Position numbers and translations under genes: made by a program. From Callorhinchus milii (Eukaryota), in the NCBI RefSeq assembly GCF_018977255.1, contig NW_024704743.1:10294001-10358000 (forward strand): a stretch of 64,000 bases of DNA, written 5' to 3'. Position 1 is the first letter of the stretch. Each line of letters begins with the position of its first letter. The notes beneath the pieces are model-generated. The model was given only the letters and a program-made list of their open reading frames with translations, was not told where the DNA came from and ran no database searches. This document shows positions 40,131 through 52,049 of this stretch, in pieces.

Positions 40131-40460
40131 GTGGAGTCCTGTAGCTCAGTGGTTGAGCACTCGCTTTGCAAGCGAGAGACCTGAGTTCAATTCCAGGCAG
40201 GGCGAAACCTTGGGCAAGTTTCCTTACTCCACACGCCTAATAATAATCCCTCCAAAAACCAAAAACAATAATAAATTGGTCATTTTCAATCCATGACTGT
40301 TTGTGGGACATTGCTGTGCATAATTGGCTGCCGCGTTCGCATACAAATATACAGTCAATTCATTTTACAGTGTGTTCTGTGAAGCGCTTTGGGACGTCCT
40401 CCCAACGTGAAAAGCGCTATATCAAATGCAAGGATTATTAATATTATTATTATTATTTAT
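40131..40460 (+). mobile_element. Young full-length SINE, subfamily A
   Basis: Near-identical to the copies at 37713, 46228 (-) and 54133. Confidence 0.95.
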
Positions 40461-43141
40461 TTTAATGGTGGGAAAACACATGGTCCAGTCTGATTTCCAA
40501 TGTACTGCTGAGGGGAGTACCACATTGCAAAATAACAATCATGTGTTTGGGTCAGCCTAGCTCAGTTGGTAGCACTCTCAACTTTGAGTTCAAGTGATTC
40601 ACAAAAACACAAGTTTGGCGTGGTTGAAGAGGATGCTTCATCCCATCTGATCTCAAGCCTCACGTTGGAAGTATGAACTCACACTGGTGAGGTGGGCACT
40701 CCTACATAGTCCTGGGGGAGTTCTGCATTGTTGGAGGCTCTTTGGATAAGATATTAAACTAAGGTGCTGTCTCCCTGTTAAAGATCCTGTAATACAACTC
40801 AAAAAGGGGAGGGAGTTTCTCCCGGTGTCCTGGCCAACAATTGCCCAAAGAAATGGTCACTCACTTCATGGCTGTTTGTAGGACATTCTTGTGTACAAAT
40901 TAGCTTCTGTATTTGCCTACACTATACACAATATTACACCTACAGTAAATTATGTGAAGTGCATTGAGACTTCCTCCTGTTGAGAAAGGGCAAATGCAAG
41001 TTTTATTTTTCATTTTATTTATTTTCTCAATAAGCCCAGAATTCATCATTAAGTCTATCTCATGCCAATCATTAAAACATCAATCATTGTTATCTGATTA
41101 TAAATGGGAAATCAAAGATTGCAAAGGTCACTATTTTTAGTGCTTGGAATTTGATGGATCCTTACAGATAGGTAAGCTATATAAAGGAAAAGGGAATAGA
41201 GGGAGGATACGAGAGAGGGGATTAGGAGAGATAAATAATAATAATCCTTGCATTTGATAAAATGCCTTATCACCTCTTTGAGACATCTCAAAGCGCTTCA
41301 CAGAATATACTGTATATTTTGTGGGATGAAGGTTTATGTGGAGTATAAACACTAGCCCGGGCACTCCCTTTTCTCAGTGAACACTGGCATGTTTTGTGTT
41401 TCTGCGGTTGCACTTTCGTCCATTCTGCCCCCAGTTCTCTGGAACTGCATCCCAGTGCTCCTTTTACTCACTCACTCCATCTTTCCCCCCATTCTAGGCT
41501 TAAATTCTACTTCTTCACCCGCACCTTTGATCATCTTACCCCAACCACCACCTATTCTCCCACCCCCCCTACACTCTCACCCTGAGCTCAGGGGCACATC
41601 CAGCATTGTCAAGCGCTTTGAGACGTCCTCCCAATGTGAAAGGCGATATATAAATGTAAATTGTATTGTATTGGGCCGAAAGTCCTGTTTCCATGCTTTT
41701 TAACATGCCAGTTAGCATTAGGAATAAATATACAGATTTTCTATGACAGCAGCATTTGCACCAAACAGCATAAGCTCAATAAAAAGGTTACATTCTCCAC
41801 AGTTCCTTTTATTTTTCACATCTCTCAGCTCCTCGGTGAAAGATGCCTCCACTGATACTTTACAGGCCTGCTCCAAGGGCTGTATGTTTAGAACAAGGAC
41901 TGATGGATGTGATGTCAACTCCGGTCCAATTTATAAATAAACAATTGAGCTTCTGGGACAATGTTTATTATTTCTGTACATCAGCCAAGTGCATCCAGGT
42001 TGGTTTAACTAGAGATAAAAATGTTCTAATTGATAGTCATTTATTACAAATCTGTGGTATCCCATTTACAGCAAATTCACGTCAATTAAGTAAATTTCAT
42101 ATAACCTACATCAAACACACATTGCTGCATGGGTGAACACAGTAGAAAATATTAAAAGCAGATTGCATAAAGATTGCATTCAATAATGATGTAGATTAAA
42201 ACGAGACAGAATATTTAGATGTTTTAAAACCATCAGTAGCTCTTAATCTGGTCAAGAGATTCAGGTCATGTTATTCAATTTGTAGTTATTGTGTAAATTT
42301 TTAGCAGTGAGTAGATATGAAAATAAACTCTATTTCTCCCCCAAAGGAAAACCCAGGATTCTGCTCTGTGCTCACAAGTAATTAGCAGGCATTGAGAGGG
42401 CAGTACTGTTTTAATGTTGACCTAACACTGGGAATGGTAGTCCATTCATTTTTCAGCATGAGGTGAAGGATGCACTCTTCCAGGGAGCATTAGTGTTACT
42501 GGCACCAAAAGGATCTGCCAGGAAAAGAGTTTAAAGTCACCAACTTGAATAATTGAATAAAAAATAAAAAAATTAGTCACTCAATCCATGACTGTTTGTG
42601 GGACACTGCTGCGCACAATTGGCTGGCGCCTTTTGCCCACACAATATACAGTCAATTTAATTTACAGGATATTCTGTGAAGCGCTTTGAGATATCTCGAA
42701 GACACGATAAATAATAATAAATAACCCTTGCATTTGATATAGCACTTTTTCACATCTTTTAGATGTCTCAAAGCGCTTCACAGAATATACTGTAAAGTGA
42801 ATTGACTATATTTGTGGGCAAAACGTGGCAGCCAATTGCGCACAGCAGTGTACCATAAAAAGGTGCTATATCAGATGCAAGGATCATTATTATTATTATT
42901 ATTATTATCACATGCTCTCTCCCCAGAGGAATTCACCCTGCTTACCTAATTCTGAAAATATTAAGAGTAGGCTGACATGCGGGAAGCCTTGAGCACCCCA
43001 CAGAGTGAGTTGGAGTAATGCTGGAGTCTAACCAGCTAAAACCACATACAGCACTGACTGGCAAGCTTCCCATTGCTTGTCCAGCTAGGATCACCCTACC
43101 ACTAGAGCTTTGGTGTGCAGCTGAGTGAGAAGGATACTTAC

Positions 43142-43156
43142 CTCCAGTCTAGTTCT
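43142..43156 (-). CDS. Candidate 15-nt micro-exon (AGAACTAGACTGGAG)
   Basis: tcattttcctcttatccag acceptor and near-consensus GAG|gtaagt donor. Confidence 0.3.
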
Positions 43157-45604
43157 CTGGATAAGAGGAAAATGAATCATATACTTGGGGCAGTTGTGCT
43201 TCACTTGTTGGTGTTAGTCAACAGGCTGTTTCCTTTTAGTGGTGAGCTAAATCTAGAGGGTATAAATATCAGCAAGCTACTTGGAGACCTCATAGGGAAT
43301 TGATGAGGAACTTCTTCACACAGAGGGTGCTGGGTGCTGTGGAACTCACCTCCAGAAGCTATAGTTGATTCAGAAAGTATCAATGTATTTAAGAGAAAAC
43401 TTGATAATAATAATCCTTACATTTGATATAGTACTTTATCACGTTTTCGAGATGTCCCAAAGCACTTCACAGAATACTCACGTCTTTGAGACATCTCAAA
43501 GTGCTTCACAAAATACACTGTATATTTTGACACTATATTTTGATGCATACATGAAAAAGAAGGGAATAGAGGGCTATGGGTGAGTGAATAGGAAGTGTGG
43601 GGCTCATGTGGAGTATAAACACCAGAATGGATTGGATGGGCCGAATGACCTGTTTCTGTGATATATCACTCTATGTAATTCTGTGTAAGCTATGCCCTTC
43701 CGGACTATTTTTGACATGTTTTCGTTTCAGAAATCAAGTAATGCACAATGAATAGGATTCCTTCATTAAATAGCATTGAGCTGTCGGGAACCAAGTAAAA
43801 AAAATCTATATGTGTTCACCAGTTAATAACTTTACTTTTCTCCAGCAGTCATCGGCTTCTCTTCTTTTTCTTCCTATTGAAAGAACAAAAACAAGCATCT
43901 CAGGTTATCATTTTATCATTCGCCGATAAATTACCTAAAAAGGACTTTGTGCAGACTTTCCCATATCTCAGAATGCTTTTGCAGTTCTCTGAACTTTTAC
44001 CCGTGTGCCTGGGTCCATTAGTACACATCTCATTCATCAGAGTGTTTCAGTGTATACTGCAGTATTGCGATACAAAGGATCGTTTGTCTTGCGACTGCAC
44101 AGGTGATTCTCTGTGCATTAATCCTGCTGATGGCACTCATTGTTGGGGGTAAAACATTGATACATTACATTTACCATCTTGTTCTCTTTTACACCTTCAT
44201 TAACTTAATGTGCTTAAATGGAAGAAGATCAGCCTGTTCTAAGTCTTTATATTTCCTGCTTCCGCTTACAGTTGCCTTCCTCATCCTGGATATGATATTG
44301 CATATAGACTGATAGAACGCTGGAATGTTGCAACAATATAATTACATTTGAATAGAGCCTTTCACGAAGGGAGGACGCCCCAAGGCACTGCTGCAGTGTA
44401 GTGACAGGGCTTTTGGCCCATCAATCAGAGGCTGACACTTGTCCTTCAACAACAACAACTTGCTCTTCACATGGGGTAAAGCTGTACAGTGGTGAAGATT
44501 ACAGCCGAGCATGGGAGAATAGGGAGGAGATGACCATAGGCACAGTCAAACAGGTAGGTTTTCAGGTGGGAATTTAAGATAGATAAAGAGGGGGTGCGGC
44601 GGAAAAATAAAGGCAGGCAGTTATAGAGATAAGGAGTGTAATGGAAAAGGGCGGAAGGCACAGTCACTGATGATGGCACAGAGGGTTCAGGGTATGTGTA
44701 ACAGAACTGTGTAAGCTGAGCGAAGAGGGCAGGCATAGGAATGGGTTCTGAGCAGGACTGGGGAACGACATTGTGGAGCAAGGAGGGAGGGGGTAGAGTG
44801 GGCCCACCCCTCTCTTACCTCCTTAATGGCCTCTCCCAAAATCTTCCTCTTCGACTGTGCCTTTGGTCATCTTCCCACCACCACCCCTTTTGCCCTCCAC
44901 CCCTCTTGACTCCAGCACGTAGCTCAGGCGCAAACCCTTGACTGTCCTCAGGACATCCTCCCGATGTGAAAGGCGCTATACGTATAGAATTTGTTGTTGT
45001 TGGATTGGGAATTTGTTGTTGTTGCGCCTTGGGACGTCCTCCCGACGTGAAAGGCGCTCAATAAATGGAATCTTGTTGTTGTTGTTGTTGGGGGCAAGGG
45101 ATGTAGTGTGGGGTGGGGGCTGTGATGTGGTGCGAGTGCTGTGTTGTGGGTTGTGGGCCAAATGGGTGGCCATAGTTATGGGTCAGGGAATTAATAGGGA
45201 GGGTGAGGTTTAGGTTGGAGAGGAGGGTAGTTAAATCAGAAGAGATGGGGTAGGAGGAATTGAGCCATGATGAACAGGTGTTCAGTACGGAGGGACAGGG
45301 ATGAGAGGAGACAGGAGATATCCTTGAGGAAGGAGTCAGGAGCTTTGTGGAGGTTGGTAAACTAGGAGAATTGTTTGGGGTGGGCAGGAGGAGTGGGGGT
45401 GTGGTGGAAAGTGTAGCCAGGGGTGTCGATGAGGGGGACAGGGTAATCGAGGATCAGCCAGGTTTCTGTGAGCCCTAGCATGTCAATATGCTCATCCAGG
45501 ATAAGATTGTGGATGGCGAGGGCTTTGTTTGAGTGGGAGCGGAGGTTTTGGAGGCCGATGCAGGTAGGGGCACTGATGCAGGTGCAGGGATTGCAGATTG
45601 TAGG

Positions 45605-46712
45605 GGAAAAATGTGGATAAGTGTGAGGTGATACACTTAGGTAGGAAAAATGATAGGAGGCAATATAGCCTTGGTAGCTCAATCTTAAGGGGGGTGAACG
45701 TACAGGGTTTCAAGTAAGCGAATCATTAAAGGTAGCGGGGCAGGTAGATAAGGCAGTAAAAAAGGCATTTGGGGTACTGAGCTTTATTAGTAGGGGCATA
45801 GAGTATAAGAGTAGGGAGGTTATGGTTAACCTATACAAAACACTGGTTAGGCCTCAGCTGGAGTACTGCGTCCAGTTCTGGGCACCTTACTTCAGGAAGG
45901 ACATTAAGGCACTGGAAAGGGTGCAGAGGAAATTCACGAGAATGATACCAGGAATGGGGAACAGGCTGGAGAAGTTAGGACTTTTCCCATTAGAGCAGAG
46001 AAGGTTACGTGGGGTCCTGATAGAGGTCTTCAAGATCATGAAAGGTTTCGACAGGCGAGATAGGGAAAAGCTGTTTCCGCTGGTAGGTGTGTCTGTGACC
46101 CGTGGTCACAGTCTTAAGATATCTACCAAAAGAAGCAGAGGGGAGGTTAGAAGAAATGTTTTCACTCAGCGAGTTGTTCGAATTTGGAATGATCTGCTTG
46201 AAAGGGTAGTGAAGTCCGATTCGATAATAATAATAATAATAATCCTTGCATTTGATATAGCGCTTTTCACGTCGGGAGGATGTCCCAAAGCGCTTCACAG
46301 AATATACTGTAAAGTGAATTGACTGTATATTTGTGGGCAAACGCGGCAGCCAATTGCGCACAGCAATGTCCCACAAACAGTCGTAGATTAAAAATGACCA
46401 ATTTATTATTGTTTTNGGTTTTTGGAAGGATTATTATTAGCCGTGTGGAGTAAGGAAACTTGCCCAAGGTTTCGCCCTGCCTGGAATTGAACTCTGGTCT
46501 CTCGCTTGCAAAGCGAGTGCTCTAACCACTGAGCTACAGGACTCCACGGATAACAGCTTTTAAGAGAGAACTGGATAGGTATCTGGGGAAGACAGGTTTG
46601 CAGGGTTATGGGGAGAAAGCTGGTGATTGGGTTAGTGAAAGTGACTTGCTCTGTCAAACAGCCGGTACAGACTCGATGGGCCTCTGTGTCGTAACATTCT
46701 ATGAATCTATGA
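45605..46712 (+). mobile_element. CR1 3' part, interrupted by a SINE
   Basis: ORF 45822..46322 reads LYKTLVRPQLEYCVQFWAP..TRGHSLKI; tail TTCTATGAATCTATG. Confidence 0.93.
46228..46548 (-). mobile_element. Young full-length SINE, subfamily A
   Basis: GATAA duplicated at 46223-46227 and 46549-46553; one ambiguous base (N) at 46416. Confidence 0.95.
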
Positions 46713-47575
46713 AAAAAGACTGTGGGGTTTGTGGGACACGGAGAGTTGGAAAGGATGGGAATGTGGATGAGGGAATGGGGCGTTAGCCTTCTGGAGACGA
46801 GGGAGAGTATTGTGGAGAGAGTGGGCGATGGGGCAGTTCGGGTTGCTGGTCTAGGACAACCATTGAGATGTGCCCCGATGAGCCTGGCAGAGGATGCCCA
46901 AGCTGGAGCAGAGGAAGGCAGTGGAAAAATCCAGGAGAGCGAAGGCAAGGAGGGCAGTGAGAGAGAAGGACACAGGCTGAGTAGTGGAGGGTGGGGCATA
47001 GAAATGGGGACATTTTAAGGGGGGATTGGCTCAGATCGGTGACGGCAGTCCAAATCTGCATGCCAAGAAGTAGAGCCAGCAATCAGTGGTGCATGGAGGG
47101 GGCTAAAGGAGACAGAACCAGGGAGGATAGGGAGGGGAGAGCACTCATAGTCCTATCTATTAGATTAGACAGAGCCCCAGCCCAATAAATACAAGTTTGA
47201 GAGAGGAATGGGAGAGAAGGAAACAGATTATACTGCACCTCTTTCCCCTTCTGCAGCAAATTCCCACTTTCACCAAATTCCTGTTGTAGAGGCCTCACTC
47301 GGCTCCCACTGCACCAACTGCCAAATTTCAATTTTAAATTTTGGTTAGTAAACAAGGAATTCCCGCTCTCACGAAATTTCTCTGATAGAGGGTTCACTCT
47401 GTTTCCACTTCACTCTGTTCCCAGCTTGCTCTGTTGGGCTCTCTGCTTGTTTTAAAACATCAAGTTTTTGGAATAATGAAAAGACATTTTCATTTTTTAA
47501 TATTTTAATATTCTCTTTTTAATATTATACATTTACTTCTTGCACTGAAGTTAGGTACTTTCATGTGACTGATCA

Positions 47576-47594
47576 CAGCTGCCCTCTAGTGTCA
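47576..47594 (-). promoter_or_regulatory. CTCF-like motif
   Basis: Minus strand TGACACTAGAGGGCAGCTG resembles the CCAC[CT]AG[AG]GGGC[AG]G core. Confidence 0.45.
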
Positions 47595-48927
47595 TTGAAA
47601 GCAAATGATACAGCCAGGTTATTCCTAGCGTAACACCTAGAGTGCTGAAACTGTACATTGAAAAATACTGACTTCAATTCTGGATTCTTCAAACAAGTTT
47701 GTGGTTCAGATTTTGGGGGTTTGCAGCTGATTATTTTAATGCTACTTTGACTTGAGGAGACAGAAAAAAGCTAGGTATCTGTCAGTCATAATGTAATGGT
47801 TGAGTGCTGTACTACAGTCAAATAGATGCCCCCTAATCACCTTGTCTTCTCCAAGTGCACATGGAACAATATGAAGACAAAACAAACCCAATTATCGCAT
47901 GGCTGGTTGAGAAAAAGACTCAGTTTATTTATGATTTGTAGTCTTAATGCACCATCCAGGTACTATATATAGATGTAATGAGTCATACCTGCCTGGAGAT
48001 TATAATGAGAACCAAGCAGTGACTTAACCTTCGATTGTGTGGTTGATTCAAAAAGGATCTATTCTGCCGAGATTCAGAAAACAGCTGTCAATAATTAAGT
48101 CCTGCGTGAAGAGATGGAGATGAGATGGAGACACCGTGGTGTGAACGAACGTTGGGTCACTATGTATTATAAAGAGTATTTATCACTGACATGTTCCAGA
48201 GAATTCATTATTAACAGTGAGGTCCAACATTCTATACTGGAACCTGTGAACTCTGTGGATAACCAAAGTGGTACAACTTGACTAATCAGAACTCTGCTTC
48301 CATCCACGACTGTCTGTGGGACACTGCTGTGCACAATTGGCTGCCATGTTTCCTTGCATTTGAAAGAGCACCTTATCACATGCCTTCCCCTCAGCTAGGG
48401 TACAGGCTACAGTAAAAGCTGGCATTATTTCCACTCATTGCGTTGCGTCCTCCCAACTGCTGCTGCCATGAGAGGACATTCGCCAGGAAGGGAGGGAACG
48501 AAAGTTGGAATGTTGGAAATGGTCACGGGCCGGATAAAATCCCCCGCTGGGCCGAATGCCACCTGTTAGACCACTCTGGTCTAGGCTGACTCTCCAGTGC
48601 AGTGCTACAGTGCTCTGTGTTGATTGAGATGCTGGCCTTCAGACGAGAGATTAAATCGAGTACCCGTTTGCTATACATGTGCAAGTTGTTGTTGTTGGTG
48701 GTTGAGTCACCTTTGAAATATGGTCTCACACTGACAGGGTTAGGAGAGAAGCAGATGCCACTTAGTTTGAATTAATTAATAAAATTTGCACACATATTAA
48801 GGGGTAAGAACCATCACAGTATAGTGCCTTGGGATCTTTCACTGCCTCCTGAACAGGTAGATATGGTGGAGTAGAAATTCCACCCGAGTTCTGATTTACT
48901 CTACTTATGTAATATTTCAGAGTGTCT

Positions 48928-49047
48928 AGAATTTGGCAAACTGTTGAACTGAGGCTTAGTTTTGAAGTCGTTTGTTTGTAGTTATCAGAAGAAACTTACA
49001 AAAAACGCTTCAAAATAAAGGTTGCATTTGAGAATTTGCCAATTTCT
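48928..49047. repeat. ~120-bp fold-back element, copy 1
   Basis: Internal inverted repeat TTTTGAAGTCGTTTGTTTGTAGTT / AACTTACAAAAAACGCTTCAAAA; paralogous to 49447-49568. Confidence 0.75.
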
Positions 49048-49446
49048 TTTGAGGAAGATGATAATTAATAAGAATAATCCCTGCATTTGATATAGCGCTT
49101 TATTATGTTATTGAGATGTCTCAAAATGGTTCACGGGATTTAACTGTGAAGTGTAGTGACTGTATTTGTAGCAGAAATTCACAAGGATCAATGTGATTTT
49201 TTTCTCCCAAAGGGTAGTGGAAATCTGGAACTGTCTCCTGCAAAAGGCTGTGGATGCTGGATCCATTCAAATTTTCAAGACTGAAGTGGATACATTTTTC
49301 TTAGGTAATCAAGGGATATGAGGCAAAGGAGGGTATTTGGAGTTGAGGTACAGTCATGATCTAATAAAATGGAAGAACAGGTTCGAAAGGCTGAATGGCC
49401 TACTCCTATTCATATGTACCTTTTAGATGTAGCAACCTAGAATTTC

Positions 49447-49568
49447 CAGAATTCGGCAAACTGTTGAACCCAGTCTTAACTTTGATGTTACTTTCTGTAG
49501 GCATTAAAAGAAACTTACAGAAAAAAACTTAAAAAATAAGGTTGTGTTTAACAGTTTGACAAATTCTG
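49447..49568. repeat. ~120-bp fold-back element, copy 2
   Basis: 23-bp imperfect terminal inverted arms CAGAATTCGGCAAACTGTTGAAC / GTTTAACAGTTTGACAAATTCTG. Confidence 0.8.
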
Positions 49569-50120
49569 AGCATTTCAAAATATGCTTATAGAATAAATTT
49601 ACAACCAGGTAATCATTTATCCCATGAATCCTCTAAAATGCTATGTGAGTCAAAAAAATGTATAACTAGATAGAATTTCTCCCGATATATAATGTCTGCC
49701 AGTGATATTATCATGCATCTGATACCTTAATCTTTTGGAATTGGCATGCATGCCAGGAATAAAATTCCATTGTATCAAATCATTTCCCATTCATTCCATT
49801 ATACAGGAATCATGATCCACTTAAATAATAATTCAGGCACAGAATTTTCTGCAATTATTGTGATTTATTGTGAAGGACACCAGTCATTCCCTGTCAATCA
49901 GCTCTGTAGGAACAGAGGAACGCACAAAACCGGAAAAGGCCATTTCATTCTGTCGGAAACAATTCTATTTAGTCTAATAAAGTGTTTTCCTTTACAGAAT
50001 GAGTGCTAGAAGGTGTCAATGTGCTATGAGGTTTGGCTGGCTCAATTCCAGGAAGAGCCTGATCCAAAAAAAGAACTCTGCTGAAATTTTACCATGTTAG
50101 CCACTGGGGTAAATTGATTC

Positions 50121-50868
50121 TGCAGCAGGCAATGCATCTGATGTCCAAACAATGGATCTGATGTAACAAACAATGGATTTAAGAACTTAAGAACATAAGA
50201 ATTGCTAGCCGAAAGAAGACCAAGGTCCATCCAGTTCTCTTTTCACAACCTTGGCAGTTGTGTGCATATGTAATTTCCCAAACTATATATTGCTTGCCAA
50301 GATATTATTTCCTAAAATAAATCTATCTAAACATTTCACAAGATCAAAAGATCAGTCTGGATGAATAAGGCCCTTCAGCCCATCCAACCATTCCCCCCTC
50401 CCCATCACAGCATGAAGCTGCTTTTTAAAATAGGTCTAGTGTCCTGGCCTCAATCACCTTTCCTGGCAACCTGTTCCAATCATTGATTACCATCTGAGTA
50501 TCTGTCCTGGAAATGCCCTTTGCAGCTGTAAACCCATGCCTTCTTTTTCTACTATCTTTTCAATCTCATTTAGAATTTTATAAACCTCTAACCTGTATTC
50601 TTTTCAAGACTGAAGAGCCCTAGCTGTCCAATTTTTGCTCTTATCTAATTGCTCTGACACTGGAGATTATCCTAATTGCTCTATCTGCACTGCCTCTAAG
50701 ACCCTTATATCATGGTGACCAGAATTCAAGGTGTAGTCTGACCAGATCACAGCGCAGTGTGAATATACTGTCTGGGGATCTAAACTCCACTGATTTAGCA
50801 ATATTAATGTAACAGATAATGGATTTGATGCAGCAGACAAGGATCTCATGTAACAGTTAATGGATGTA
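50121..50868 (+). repeat. Degenerate ~21-bp minisatellite split by antisense CR1 fragments (~50181-50805)
   Basis: Units resembling TGTAACAGACAATGGATCTGA, three on each side. Confidence 0.7.
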
Positions 50869-52049
50869 GCATTAAGGTATATGTTGTTCATGTTTGTATT
50901 TGTTTTATTTTCTTCTATCTGAGCTCACAATCTAGGTTTGCATTCCAGTGCAGGGGGAGAACTGCATTATTGCAGTGCCGTCCATCGGATTGGACCATGG
51001 TCACACCTGCCTGTTCAGATTAAAGATCTAATGGTACTACTTGAAAAGAGAAGAGAGCTTTTCTTGGTCCTGGCCAACAATGCACCCAGATTTTTTTTTA
51101 AATGATTATTCACTAATGCTGTTTCTATGTTGCTATATTTACTAACAACTACATGGCTGTTTGTGGGACATTATTCTGCATAAATTGCAGAATTCACCTA
51201 CAAATAATTCTCCCGTGTAACATTTGACAGTCACAGAGCATGCAGTAACCAAACGCTTTAAGATGTTGTGACATGATTAGGTGATATATGAAATGCAAGG
51301 ATAATTATTATTAATTGGAATTAACCATTTGTTGAAAAGAAAGGATTAGACAAGACTTGGTGGAAAATGAAACTGAACGTCTTCTCTCTCATTCTTCTTA
51401 TCCTAAATTGTGGTTTGAATAACATCTAGTCTTTTGGGTTAAAGTGTTTTTGCCAGCTCTAAAATGTGTTTGTGAAGTCTTAATTCAGCTTCCAGCATGA
51501 GCACAGCCTCGGCACATTATGACTCATAGTTCAGCCCAAATTGACACTAACTTGGCTGTCACACAAACCCAGAAGTTTTTGGCCAGTGTGAGAAACATAA
51601 ACTTACACTGGAAGATTAATTTATTTTTGAGGTTGGGGTTTAGGCATCTTAGGGTCAAAATTGCTGTATCCTTAAATACATTCCGTTCCTTATTTAGGCA
51701 ACGTGTTAAACAATCTTGGAAATACCGCTCCTGACATCTCAACAATAGTAGCACCAAAACCTACATGAAAATCCTGTCAATTTCAATCTTATTGAAGAGA
51801 TAATTCAATCTCAGCAAGCATAGTTTCCTGTGAATAATACTAATAATCCTTGCATTTGATACAATGCCTTTCACATTTGGAGGACATTTTATTGTAGTGA
51901 CTGTATATTGCAGGTGAACACAGCACCCAATTTACACTAAGCAATGTCCTGCAAACAGCCATGAAGTAGATGACCAATTGTAGTTTAAGGATTTTTGCTT
52001 ACCCTGCCTCCATGACTTCCTGCAAACCCTACCCAACCGGGTTCACTCA

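Larger units (their letters stand above)
45070..47110 (-). mobile_element. L2-like LINE 5' region (ORF2 leader and AP endonuclease), split by a CR1
   Basis: ORF 45362..45682 reads IGLQNLRSHSNKALAIHNLILDEHIDMLGLTETWL..PGYTFHH; C-rich L2-like composition continues at 46716-47110. Confidence 0.75.

Noticed and set aside
40131..40205. tRNA-Ala(UGC) gene
   Set aside because: It is a SINE head: poor acceptor stem, continues into the SINE body, and is multicopy.
41862..43156. WSxWS cytokine-receptor motif (ELDWS|PWSRP) from joining two exon candidates
   Set aside because: That frame soon reaches a stop, and no fibronectin-III context is present.
47989..48101. Minus-strand exon with strong acceptor and CAG|gtatga donor
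   Set aside because: Stops in all three frames; it could only be non-coding and there is no further support.
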